Shown piece by piece: positions 27,701 to 43,437 of a stretch of DNA of 64,000 nt. The position numbers and the translations under genes are program-made. This DNA is from Adineta vaga (taxonomy: Eukaryota; Animalia; Rotifera). The notes under the pieces are model-generated. The model had not been told where the DNA came from and made no database searches. It saw only the letters and a list, made by a program, of their open reading frames with translations. Positions within the stretch are counted from its first letter, which is position 1; the number at the start of each line of letters is the position of its first letter. The stretch lies in contig CP075493.1 in assembly GCA_021613535.1 (NCBI GenBank), positions 6,076,001 through 6,140,000 on the forward strand. Direction: 5' to 3'.

Positions 27701-30616
27701 GAAGTCATGAATGAAAATACATATCGATCATTAAATCAATTACCACCACCAGATCCATATTTATCTGATCGCCGAACACCAAATCGTTCTACGTTTGATC
27801 CACATCCACAACCAATGGTAACTGATGAACCATATCCACCAATGCGTCAATGTTTTATTCGAGTAAGAAAATTTGATTTCATGTCTTTTTTTTCTTTCTA
27901 TTCTCTCTTTTAATTAGCCTTGGCCAAATTATCGTGAACTTGGTTTTTCAATTGTTCAGACTCCGAATGGAACTGGTGGTGGATATGAAATTCAACAACT
28001 TCGATTAGATTCACCAGCTGCACATACTAAAATTCGCAATGGTGATCATTTAATTCAAGTAAATAATATCAATGTTGAAACAACAGATCATCAACATGTT
28101 CTTCAACTGATTAATGAATCATATCGTCGAGATGGTGAAGTTTGTGTACTTGTTATTGATGATTATGGTTATCAATGGTATAAACGTAATCATTTCCGTA
28201 TTGATCCATTATCGCAACGAGCTGTTGTGTCACGGTAAAAAGAAAACGAAATAAAATGCTTGATTTGATTAATTTTGTTTTCGATCATTTGTAGTCATGT
28301 AACACCTGAACATCAAGCTGTATACACATCAACGGATTCCAATATTGTATCACCACCAGTACGTCATACACCTGAAGCAATGTCCGATCAAAAAGAAATT
28401 CTCTTTCCTCCAACACCATATCATCCACCACCAACAACAAGTCGACCACCATCAACTGGACCTATGACAACTCGACCTTATCCTTATACAAGTAAGTTGC
28501 AAATAATAATAATTCATCAATGAATGTTTGTGTTTTCTCTCTATTTAAGATGGTTATGTTTCACCAGTACGTGATCCTTATCATCGTTCGACAGCTGCAC
28601 CGAGCGTCGCATCATCATTAAGCCGTCCACGTATACCTTTATCGCGCGAGCAGCTGTTGATGTTGTTGATGGTAAATCAATGTTACGTTTCTGTCGTTTA
28701 AATACCGAACCCGGTCAAACATTTGGTTTTGAATTAGCACAAGAGGATAATAAACATATTATCCGAAATGTTAAACCAGAATCACCAGCTGGTAAAAAGA
28801 GTTTTTACTTGTTTTTAAAAGCAAACATTTCTCATACTATTTTTAGCTCGAGCTGGTTTACACAATGAAGATCGGTTGATCGAAGTCAATGATGAGAATA
28901 TTACCAACAGACCACATCGAGGTATAACTATAATAATTATTCCTTCTTACCTATAATTGTTTTCTGTTTAGATGTTGTTGCTTTAATTAAAAATGCTAGT
29001 AATAATGGTGTTGTACGTTTACTTATATCACCAAGTAATATAAAACCATTGAATAAACCATCATCACGTGGATCTGCTAAAACAAAATCATTACCATCAC
29101 TTAATGATGAACGTATGTATTATGATGGAAATAATTTTGATCAATATACATCATCTTGGTCACCATATGATGGATCATTTGGTACTCAACAACAACCATC
29201 AACAATAGTTAAATATCAATCAACACCACGTCTAGATAATGTTGGTTTAACATCAGCAGGTTATCCAGATCGACCATATAGTGCACATGGTTTTGATACA
29301 TATCAACGGCAACAAAACCGATCAGCATTACTTACTAGTCAACCATATTTACCAACAGATCCATGGCCTCGTAAGATATTTCGAGATTTTTGTTTTAATT
29401 AATTCTCGACTTTGAGAATTACAGTTATACAAGTATTTCGATGCGAAAGATTTCTATTCTATCGATCTTAATACGGTGTTAAAAGCAGTTAAAATATGTA
29501 TTGATATTTTTTAGGCAAATGTGTTCTTGTTCGTGATCCAAGTTTTCATGGATGTGGTTTTCGAATGATTGAAAAAGATAATTATGATACACCCATTGTT
29601 GTTGAAGTTCGTCCTAATAGTCCAGCTAAACGAAGGTAAAAAGTTTAATTCGAAAATTAGAAATCATTTTTTTTTTGTTCATTTCTAGTGGTTTAACTGA
29701 AGGTGATCAAATAATTTATATTGAAACTCGTAATGTTCAAGCAATTCGATCATTTGATGAAATGACACTTTTAATTCAACGAACATTTGAAGAAGTAGGA
29801 CAAGTAACATTGGTAACATTAACAGGTCCAGGTTATCAAGTTTTAAAACGTAAAGGTGGTTATTTACAACCAGATCCATTCGATTATCAATTACCATTTG
29901 TACGAGAATTAGCACCACGTTTATGTCGAATTGTTCTATATAATCATGAACAAGATTTTGGTTTTACATTACAACGTGGTAATCCCATACATATCAAAGA
30001 TGTTCATCCAGGTTCACCAGCATATGAATTTGGTTTACGAGCAAATGATAAAATTCTTGAAATCAATAGTCGCGATACAACATATTTATCGTCCGATCAA
30101 ATTATTGAAATGATTGAAGCAAGCAAACGACGTCGACAATTGGAAATTTTAGTTATTGATCCAGCTGGCTATGAATTTTCATTGAAACATGCCGTACCAT
30201 TAAATTCATTACTACCCTTTGTTCAATCAGGCCAAAGACGAGGTAAGAATTTTTCACTATGTAATGAAAATTTCATATACAAATATTGATTCATCAATCG
30301 CACTTTACTCAGTTATCAATCATGAGCCTTATTTTCAACAATATCCAAACAGATTCGGTTTGACTGAGCACAGTCTGTATTAATTTCAGTGAGTGCATGG
30401 ACATATATTACCATTGCACATTTTCTTTATTCACTTTCTTTCTTTTTCTGCATGATACATGCGCACATATATATTCATATTTTTATGTACCCATCACCGA
30501 CTTTTCCCGAACAAGTTTCTGTTAAAGATCGATTATTTCTTTTTCCTTTTCTAGCCGTAAGCAGTCGACGCGGTGGCGGTGGTGGTGGTGGTCAACAGGA
30601 AGCTGTTTATTTATAA
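24796..30616 (+). CDS. Multi-PDZ scaffold, NHERF/PDZK1-like, nine PDZ domains
   Basis: Exons about 24796-25582, 25815-26108, 26547-26810, 26865-27862, 27918-28234, 28295-28491, 28550-28791 (frame break near 28630-28650), 28847-28921, 28972-29370, 29515-29635, 29689-30242, then 30313-30383 or 30555-30616. Repeated R-x-C...G(F/I)...SPA..GL..D.I..IN units. Confidence 0.85.
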
Positions 30617-32079
30617 ATGAAAGTGAATCATCAATAAACATTTTCTTTCTTTGTTTTCATTCTAGAAAAGAACATAAATCTGTTATTTTGTATTTTGTTA
30701 TGTATACATGAGAATTTGTCGTTTGTTTTTCTTTTCTAATATTGAACAGTTTCTTTCCTTTTTTTTCTAAAAATAACTCTTCCATTGATCAAAATTCTTA
30801 TTTCAATCTTCTTGAGAAAAAAAACTACATTCTTTTGGTTCTCTTGTATTCTAGTAGTATTAGTTTGTCTGTATGTACGCGCTCGGTGACTCTTTGCTGT
30901 CTCTGTTTTTCTTCTTCTTCTTCTTCTTTTTCTGTGCAAGTTTCTACCTCTTTATTTAGTTTTAACATATGGCAATCAGTGATTGATTGGAATATGCAAC
31001 ATTCGAATATGTGTTGTGAATTATTTGATTTCTTTGAAGAAAATTTAACAAATCAAAACTTGGTAGTATGTCATATCTATATGTGAGTGTGTATGTGTGT
31101 ATTATTTGCTATTTATTACTCTATATCCTTCTTTATTCATATTCTATTGACAGTATTTGTTTCACATTTTGTTTTTGTGATTTTCCACTATTTGTTTCTC
31201 TCCTTCTCTCTATTTCTTTTTGCTACTAATATTGCTCTGCACTGCTGTTTTTCGCTCTCTTTTTTTGTACTATTTCGATACTTTATTGTGCGTACATATA
31301 TACATTCCAAGTTTTTTTTTTGTTCTGTTGACACTCCAGATTTTTTAAGACGTCAGAGTTCGAGCTATTGAACTCTTTTTGTTTTTAAACTTAGGTAAAA
31401 AAAACAATGATCAATCGTTTTTTTTTCTTCTCCAACAAGATTCGATCTTTTTCATTTGAATTAAAGAATGATTCATACGATCAATTATCTCCTTTCCTCC
31501 ACACAAATCAGTACAGCAGATTTCAGATTTTATTTCAACAAAAGAAAAACTACATAGATCATCAAAGCATTGTTACAGAATGCTGACGGTTACTACTATT
31601 CACAATATCTTTGTCGTTAGATTCAATAGTACAAGAAAAGGGTGCGACCTTTGAAAAAACAAATGTCTTACATCCAGAAAGATCATTTTCAATGCTATAT
31701 GCTTACCTCATTGAACACAAATGGCACACTCGCAAGGATGATCTAAATATGGATAAAAAGTTCATGGTTGACTTAACATTTTATTGAGAATTGTATATAT
31801 CTTTTATATTCTGATATGAAATCTTAATGTTGATCATCCATAGCGAAACTTTAATGAATAGAGTATCTTTTTTTCAAGAGAGAATACATACTTCCATCTA
31901 CGACATCTATACTTCTTTGAAAGAATTTTTCTTCATTGCAGCAAACAAAGAGGTATTTCTATCATAACAATGTATTTCATGTCGTCTGATTTTGTACTGT
32001 AAGAAATTGTTGATTTAAATAGCTTCTCGTTCCTTTTTTTGTCTTTTCACTATTATAAACGTATAACACTTATACTGAT

Positions 32080-32419
32080 ATGGCTACTTCAACATTAACA
32101 CAACCTGAACCAAAATCTTTGATTCGTCCAACACATTGGTCGAAAGAAGTTGAAAATGCTTATCGTTTTCAATTAGCCGGTTATCGAGATGAAATGGAAT
32201 ACAAACGAGTTCGACAAGTAGTCGAAGTTTGTTGATTTTCTTTTCCTATTTTTCTAGAATCTATCGCGCATATGTTCTATTATTTAGGTTGATATATGGC
32301 CCGATAGTGGTTTTGTAAAGAAATTACAACGTCGAAAAGATGGATTCTTTTATTATTATGATAAACTGCGTGAATGTCCAGATAAAGAAGTACATAAATG
32401 TAAAATTTACTCATATTGA
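32080..32419 (+). CDS. MEIG1: Meiosis/spermiogenesis-associated protein MEIG1, 2 exons (not in ORF track)
   Basis: Exons 32080-32226 and 32288-32419 give [92 protein letters not shown]. Matches recalled MEIG1 motifs YRFQxAGYRD, WPxxGxVKKLQRR, FYYY, REC, KEVHK. Confidence 0.93.
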
Positions 32420-33592
32420 AAATAAATATACATATATACAATACGTTTTAAAAAATAAGACTCATCTCTTATTAGTCTTACGCAATGATGAATCATCCAA
32501 TAACTAAGCAATAAAGTCTGTCGTAAGTGTGACTATAATTGATTAACAGTGAGCAATCGTCTCTGATTCATCCGATATTATTCATTGATAAAATAAGCAA
32601 ATAATATTCGTAAAATATCAAGTTGTAAGACCATTGATTGTAATAAAAAGAACTTAGAAGTGACATCATTCAGTTTGATTTTCTGGACTAAATAATCTGA
32701 GGTCAAAAGCGTACAATCATGATTTTCTAATATTTATCGAGAATAACATTAAAGCCGAATGATCTAATGCAGAACAACCAGACATGATTGAACACACTGT
32801 CATTATTTTTTAAATATGCATGATAAATCCAAGTTCAACAACGCGAATCTGTTTAAAATCATTTATTAAATATCAATGAAATATTTTATTCATAAATCAA
32901 TAACTAAAAAGTAAACAATGATGTTTTTGTTTTATTAATCACGAAATACAAGATGATCAAGGACGACGTTTCCGTATGAAGACGATGATTTGTACCGAAC
33001 TATTTGAAAGTTCTTATTAACATATAGATTACTTTAATGAAGAGAAATCCATTGAAGAGCGACTTTGAAAATTTGAATAGAAAAACAAATCAGATCGTAA
33101 TTCAACATCTTGACTTACGGCATACACTTCCAGGTTTTTTTTCTTCGATTTTCAACGTAAAATTCATCACGATCGTATAATTACTTTATACTCGTATGTT
33201 TTTTTCGATTAAATATAGACATTCTAGATGAAATATAAACAAAAGACAAAGAATTGATTTTCTTTCTTTCTTTCTTCCACAAAATCACTTTTTCAGACAA
33301 TCTTCTCTTTGATTGACTATATTGAATTTGCTAGACACGAAAAATCCATCGTATATCTTTGTTTTTTCAAGTGAGAAAAACTGCGATAATCCTTCTTTTG
33401 AACAATTAGTTTCATTAAATCACTTTTGATTCGTTGTTCTATTGAAAATATAGGTAAAGAACAGAAAATTTTAAAATGCTTTTTCATTCTTTAGAAACAA
33501 TTTGTCAACAATTATACAAATTATTTACCTGCCAGTTAGAAAAGCTTCTAACGATACCTTTAAAATCAGACGAATGAACTTGTCCTATACCA

Positions 33593-34239
33593 ATGAAGTC
33601 GACGTCTCTACGAAAAGATTTTATTGATCAAAGTTCTGTTGGAACAATGTCATCTTCCTGTATGTGGTCAACAGTAAGTAAAAGAAGTATATCAACAACA
33701 TATATCGATGGAACGATGCTTCAAAATCATTATGATCATCCATGTAGTGTAAAAGATTCGTTTCCCAAAGGCAAAAATCGACCAAAATCAGTCAATAAAG
33801 TTGAAAGAAAACTAGTAATTATTTTAAATCATTATATTGCTTTTTTTTTCTTTCGAATTCTACATAGAACAGAGATGATACATATTTAGCGTTATTACCA
33901 GCTGAATTGAAAAGTCCTTCATTCATATCATCAGTCACACCAACAAGACAACCTTCAATTTATCCGGATGAATCTCAGAAAACTTTCAAACTTTCAAACA
34001 AACGTTTATCAAGTGCACTTCACTTCGATAATCGGAGCGAATCGAAATGGTATACACCTTGTGCAACATCCTATTCCAGTAATGGTTGGGTACGGCGACA
34101 TAAATCGTTGAATGAATCATTAAAACTAAGTGATCTATTACGTGATCATACTTATCGAGAACAAATCTTAATGAAAAAATGTTCATATCAACAATTATTA
34201 GCCTATTCATCACCGTCAACATCCTTTAAATTTAAATGA
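33593..34239 (+). CDS. Ser/Thr-rich ORF of unknown function; orphan gene or N-terminal exons of the downstream CK1
   Basis: Exons 33593-33814 and 33868-34239 join in phase through a 53-nt GT-AG intron (about 197 aa). No recognisable domain. Confidence 0.5.
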
Positions 34240-34300
34240 AATGAATATTCATATTTTTTGTTTGTGTTTTGATTTGAGCATATTGTTTTTGAATGAAATA

Positions 34301-35530
34301 ATGCGGGAGAATCTTCTTTTTTTTCTTATTTATTTTCTAATCACGTCGGCAACGACTACTGAAACAGTTGAGTCTATTGGGACTCAATCACCAACGCCCG
34401 TCAATCATGAGACCTACCCGGTGGAAGAAGAAGAACAACAACAAACTAACGAATTTGATATAACAGGTCGAATTATTGCAGATAATTATCGAATACAAAT
34501 GAAATTAGGTGCAGGATCATTTGGACAAGTTTATCTATGTGAACATATTCATTCTCATGAACAATGGGCGATAAAAATTGAAATACATAATGCAAATAAT
34601 AATCCGCAATTGATGATTGAAGTAGTTGATTTCGAATAGAAAATTCGATTCCTTTTTTGTTGTCTATTGCATAGCATAAAATTTATACAATACTTCATGG
34701 TGCATCCGGTTTTCCAAAAGTTGATTATTATGGTAGTGAAAAAACGTTCGATGTACTCGTTATTGAATTATTAGGACCATCATTAGAAGATTTATTTAAT
34801 TATTGTGATCGAAAATTTTCGCTAAAAACAGCTTTGATGTTAATTGATCAAATGATTTCAAGAATTGAATATGTACATACATGTCATTTGATTCATCGAG
34901 ATATTAAACCAGGTTTTTGTTCTCTAAAGAGTACGATCAAAAGAATAAATTTTTCTTCTGTTAGATAACTTTTTAATGGGAGTAAAATCTACTGGTAATA
35001 CAGTTTATATCATCGATTTTGGTCTTTCAAAACGCTATCGAGATCCCGAATCACTCGTACATATACCTTGTAAGAACAATAAAAGTCTTACAGGTACTGC
35101 TCGTTATGCTTCAATCAATGCTCATAAAGGAATAGAACAATCACGTCGTGATGATCTTGAAGCCATCAGTTATGTATTCATGTATTTTATAATCGGTACT
35201 TTACCATGGCAAGGTTTACAAGCAACAGCAAAGAAAACTAAATTTGAACGGATAGCTGAATTGAAAATGAAAACAACACCCGAACTTATATGTAAAAATC
35301 ATCCAAAAGAATGTATTTTATTTCTGAAATATTGTCGAACATTAGAATATGATCATCGACCTGATTATGATTATTTAAGACATCTTTTTCGTTATTTACT
35401 TTCAGACAAAGGTGATCAATATGATTATGATTACGATTGGATTGTTTCATATCGACAAAAGCAATTTACTTCAATGAATAATATAAATAGTAGTGATAAT
35501 GAAATCTCTATTATATCCGAACAACAGTAA
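34301..35530 (+). CDS. Casein kinase I family Ser/Thr kinase (5' end uncertain)
   Basis: Exons ending at 34621, then 34675-34912 and 34965-35530. [77 protein letters not shown]. Confidence 0.92.
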
Positions 35531-35982
35531 GACATCTGTTATAACTAAAAATATCGAACTTAAATGATGAATCAATAAAAAGAACATTGCCGCGCCGTCT
35601 TTTTCACTTCTTATTACAAACACTCAACAGCCGTGAATATTCAAATCGTTGATGGAATGATGTAGAAAGGATATATTCTAAAAAAAAACCCTGTGATTTT
35701 ATTGTTTCTCATAAATAATCACTCGATTTAGAGATAGAAAACAGATGGATTGAATGATGTTTACAATTATAAGAACACTATTTTGCTCTTTAATCAATCA
35801 AAAACGGTCCTAAAATGTGTTCTTCGTTCATGTCTATAGAAGATTAATCATGTATACGAGACTTTTTTTAGAAAAGCAAATTATAATTTTATAAAGGTAC
35901 CTTTGCCCCGCGAACAGTTCTCTATAAATATAGATGATTTTGCCGCAAATAAAGACATTTTCTCGTCGAATCTTTTATAAAA

Positions 35983-37561
35983 ATGTTAGTCCTGGTGCTG
36001 GTCGCCTTTATTACCATGCTGAGCATGAGTATTATCCGTCAAAATGTAAGTATTTCGTAATATTTAAAATGAATATTTTGTATATCGAATAATCTTTTCT
36101 CTTTTAGCGTTTGAAAACTGGAAAACTCTTATCACCATCAACAAATGTTCCCTGGGGTCCTCGTCCATGGCCAATAATCGGTAATCTACTTCAATTGGGT
36201 TACCGTCCATATGAAACAATTTATCGCTGGTCGAAAATGTCAAAATATGGTTCAATTTTTCGTCTTCGTCTTGGTTCACAAACAGTCATTGTACTCAATT
36301 CAGCATCCGTTATTCGAGAAGCATTACATGATAATAGTGAATCATTCGCCGGTCGTCCATATCTTTATATCATCAATGAAACTCTTCATGGTAAAGGTGT
36401 CATTTCAGCTCCCTATGGACGTGAATTCAATGATCACAAAAATTTCTTATTAAAAAATTTCAATCGATTCGGTCGTCGACGACGATCATCATTAGAAGAT
36501 GGTTGTCTAGATGAAATACGTTTAGTTGCTGAAAAACTTCGAGAAAAACAATCATCACCATTTCATATTGGCAATATGTTAAGTCAAATATCAGGTAATA
36601 ATATTTGTACATTAACATTTGGTCGATATTTTGAAACAATGGATATAACAAAATTATTCGATAAATTAAATGAAAATTTTAATGATTCAGCTACAATTGC
36701 CTGTTTTAATTTCTTACCATTTACTCGTCGATTTAAAACACATATATTTGATAATGTGAATTATTCGAATAATGTTATAAAACAATTAGTTAAAGAACGT
36801 GAAACAAATTTTGATGCCGACGATGTTAACAATATCGTTGATGCTTATTTAGATCAAATGGGTAAACAAAGACACTTTTCGAAAGATAATCTTGATTCAT
36901 TAGTTCAAGATTTATTTGTTGCTGGTACGGAAACGGTTTCGAATACATTGAATTGGACCATATTTTATATTGTTTCACATCCACATGTTCAAGGTAAAAT
37001 TCATGAAGAAATCGATCGAATTATTGGCAAAGATCGTGCACCATGTGAGAAAGATCGCCTTCAAATGCCTTATATTGAAGCTGTTCTACTTGAATCGATG
37101 CGTTGTCATTGTGCTGGACCAATTTTATTACCACGTGCAACAACACATGATATTACATTTCAAAATTATTTCATTCCAAAAGATTCATTTATCTTAGTCA
37201 ATATGTGGTCAGCAATGAAAGATGAGGAACAATGGCCTGAACCCGAAAAATTTCAACCGGAAAGATTCATTGATGAAAATAATCATTTAATCAATGTTAA
37301 TCATCCAGCTATGATGCCATTCAGTCTTGGTAAACGAGCGTGTACAGGTATAGTTCAATTTTTGATTCTAATTAAAAGAGATAAAAATTTGTGATTTTAG
37401 GTGAACAAATTGCTAAAGTTCAACTATTTCTGGTCTTAGTTAGTTTATTTCAAAAATTTGAATTCAATTTTGCTAATGATTGGACTCCAAAGGATCTTCG
37501 TGGTCAACCTGGCTTCACTCTTCGACCGCCTGTCTGTCAATATCAAGCTTCTGTTCGCTAA
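35983..37561 (+). CDS. Cytochrome P450, CYP2 clan, 3 exons
   Basis: Exons 35983-36045, 36108-37347, 37401-37561. N-terminal membrane anchor, PWGPRPWPIIGNL hinge, I-helix DLFVAGTET, ExxR (ESMR), PERF, heme motif FSLGKRACTG. Confidence 0.95.
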
Positions 37562-37965
37562 ATCTGTACTTTTCCACTTTACCCTAAATTATTTTAATCT
37601 CGAATTACTTCTTATTAAACAAAAGATTCATTTTGAATAAAAATTTTAATCAAGCATTAGAATATCTTCAATGTTTCTCTGTTGATTTTTATTTTATATG
37701 ACGGAAGGAGAGAGAAAGAGAGAGAGAGAGAGAAAAAGACAAATTAAACTATAGCAAAGACAACGAAGAAGTAACAGGTAGCCCAAACAAGAAAAGAAAA
37801 AGAGGAGATACTGTTTTGGACAGAGTACAAATCTAATATATAGTTTTTTTTGTATTCTTCTTCAAAATCCGGAAAACACACCATGTCGCTACTTAAAATT
37901 TAAAAAGAAAAAAAAAAGATAGAAGAAAAGAAAATGACATAGTCAGAGTGATTGTGTATATTCAT

Positions 37966-40106
<2,141 letters not shown>

Positions 40107-41354
40107 ATTTTTAATTCCAGATGATGTTGGTAGAAATTATTTGTAGAAAAGAAAACAATACGATAATATGTACTGAAGAGTTACACAACAGAGGCGAAGA
40201 GGAATGATTGATGACTGATTAGAAAATTGTTGTTGTTTTTTTTCTCATTAAATAAAGACATTTATCATGGTTCTAAAATTCATTTTGAAAAATAGAAATC
40301 AAACAAAACCGGTTTCTAGAAAACTTAGCATAGATGTCACTAGATGTTCTTATCAGTGGATTGGAGAGTAGAATGCAAATAGAATGATTTGCATTGCATT
40401 GCATGTATGTATGTATCAAATAAAGAAACAATACATGAAAAACCTTGATAATCAATATCGTTCATTTCTATAAAAGGTATTTGTAAATCAAAGCAATTCC
40501 CCAGGCAAAATGATTAATTTTACAAACATGTTTATGAATTTTACCTATATCATGATGATATTTCATGATACTTATCGATCTAATAATGTGGACTCATTGA
40601 TAGTCATGATCAAAAGCAAGTAAATTATGTTTTGCCGTATTTGTTCAAGCATAATTTGATTAAATTCACAACATATCGCTATCATTTTTTGGCACATTTT
40701 ATTCCCATTGGCACAATATTAATCTGAAAATTGAAATATACTCATTTATTGTTTGAACAATAGAAAAACAAACTTTAAATTAGATACACAGGAGAGTGAT
40801 TACTCAATCGAATTCACTTCAATTCATATTTCTATATAAGAATTTGGTTATTAAATATATTTCAGGTCAAATAGGAAGATCAATCGTGTAACCTTACATA
40901 CTTACATTTATATATCAAACTATTTCGTCTAATCTTAATTCATTTGAGGTAATTAAGTTTACTATATTTAATAAAATCTCGTTTACAAAGTAAATCCAAA
41001 CAACTTTGAACAGACCCATTAAAAATTGAAATATGACTATAAAGACAAAACATCTCTCTCTATTATCATTTAATATTATATTCAAAAAAAAAATACAATA
41101 CAGCACTATTTGTCTGTTAGAACTCAATTGAAGCATTATGACAGAAAAGAAAAGGAGAAATAGACTTGACAACATATGTTTTAACTAAATAAACAATATA
41201 ATTAATATATATATAGATAGATAGATAGATAGAAATCTTTTCATATACAACATAAATAATTTCTTATTCTCTAGTATTTGTCTAATTGTTGAATTAGATA
41301 ATGTTTTCACACACTCGTAACTCAATTGTAAATGTATAAATAGATCAATATATT

Positions 41355-43437
41355 CTAAATGTTAGCTTGTTGTTCATTAGTTTGAATTAAACCATGATTT
41401 TTATCCGATGTTATTTGTGGTTTTTGTCTACAATACATATAACTTGTTACAAGAAGAAAAATTAATGTAATCAAAGCAATAATAAATGAACTTGTTAGCC
41501 AGCCGACGAAACCATGTCTTGTTATAATTCGTTCACGATATTCAGCTGGAATATAATTGGTTTGATTGATCATATAACCAAGTGTCCAACCAACTTTACC
41601 CGTTGGAAATGTATTAGCAAAACTTAAACGTTTCAAATCATCATTTTTAAAACCAATTCCATAGGTTAATAAAAGCCACATATACCATCCATCAAAACAT
41701 AAAGTTCGTTTGAAATCTTCATTTTTTGGTGTCATATTTTCTTTTTCATAAAGTATTGAATGATTTGTTTCGCACTAAATCAAGAGAAGATCGTTCGAGT
41801 ATTTTGAAATATACATATCTAATGAACAAGATTAGCGAAGAAGAATCTCAAAAGACTAGTTTTAAATGATCTTGTCTATATGAAGTTTAATTCTGTACTT
41901 ACTACGTAAACAAGACGTTGCATAATTTCTTCTAGTGAAAAATCAGTAAATTTATATCGTTCACGTGACACACTTTTAGATTTTGTCATTCCTAAAACAA
42001 CAACGAAATGAAATAAAGTTTGTATTTACTTCTATTCTAGAAATCAATACTAAACCATAAGCAAGATTATCAAACACATAATAATATCCTGATAATCCAA
42101 TAAATCGTATTTCGGATGGTATATACGGTTGAAATGTATGATCAAATGTACAATATTGTTTTTTATATGAACAATTAGTTGTTGCATCATTACGTTTAAC
42201 ATTAAATAAATTAGTTAAACGTTTACGACATTGTTTAGCATTTCCAGCTCCAATGAATGTCACTGTTGATCGATTAAAATAACTATTAAAATTTTGTTTT
42301 TCATTTGTTGTACATGGTGAACTAAAGATATCACTGACCATGAATGTATTATTGGCACCACGGGCAAGACATGGATCACGTATATATGTACGTAGAGTAT
42401 TTGAAAATGATGTTCGACTAATATTAATAGCAGCATTAATTAGACGAGCACGATGACGTTTTAATGCTTCATTTTTACCCCAACATAAATAGCTATGAGC
42501 ATATGGACTATAAACAGTATCAAATAAAGTGATATTTGTTGTAAATTCATCAGGAATAGGTTCATCATCTTTAGTTTGATTATCTAAATGATAAGTTTTT
42601 TGTTTTGTCTATTTCCTCAAAACAGAAAAGAAAATCATTCTTACAGGTGAATGTAATTTGTGTTGAAGCACCACCTAGATCAAGTACACCGACCATATCG
42701 GTATCAAGTTCTTGTTTAGCAAGATGCTTTTTCTTTGTATGTCGATGTTTGAATTTTTCTAATAAAATATTTGTTGTAATCCATCCATCAATTGCTTCTT
42801 CTACACCGGTTAATATTCGTACCTAAACCAAAAAAAAAGACAGATATCGAAATTGTTATATTAATAGAGAAGTCTTTACTTGTCGAGCAACAACAAATTG
42901 AAATGGTGAATTTGAGAATATTTCACGAATCGTTTCTAGAACTTGATTTGATTTTGTTACATTAAGTAAACGTGATAAACGCATTCCAGCTGTTGCTCCG
43001 AGAAATATTGGTGATAATCGATGACGATTGGATGGAATTTTCATTATAGCTTGATTTAAACAAGGTTGAAAATAATCAGCTAATAGATCTAAATGTTGTT
43101 CAAAATCCGATATAGCTTTTAATTTAATAGGTTTGTCTGGTTTATTTGTATCATTTATTATTGTTGCTTTGATCGGACAAACAAAGAATTGATTGACGGT
43201 AGATGTGGTACCTAAACCATCGGATTTATCAGCTGGCCAATGATAAACAAACATTTCTGTATGAGAACTACCAGCATCAAAAACAATAGCATAATTAACA
43301 AACGGTGTAAGTCGAGTATGATAAAGAGTTAGTAGATAAATCGCAAGAATAATCGCAAATATAAGAATAGTAAAAGCAATTCCTTGCAAAAATTTTATGA
43401 TAGAATAAATATTAAATGATGATTTCTTCTCTTCCAT
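41355..43437 (-). CDS. Ecto-nucleoside triphosphate diphosphohydrolase (CD39/ENTPD1-like apyrase)
   Basis: N- and C-terminal TM segments; apyrase conserved regions DAGSSHT, ATAGMRL, EEAIDGWITTN, DLGGASTQ, GWTLGYM. Confidence 0.93.

Noticed and set aside
36108-37347. Long intron-free P450 exon as possible horizontal transfer or retrocopy
   Set aside because: Typical animal microsomal CYP2-clan features, two introns and host-like codon usage.
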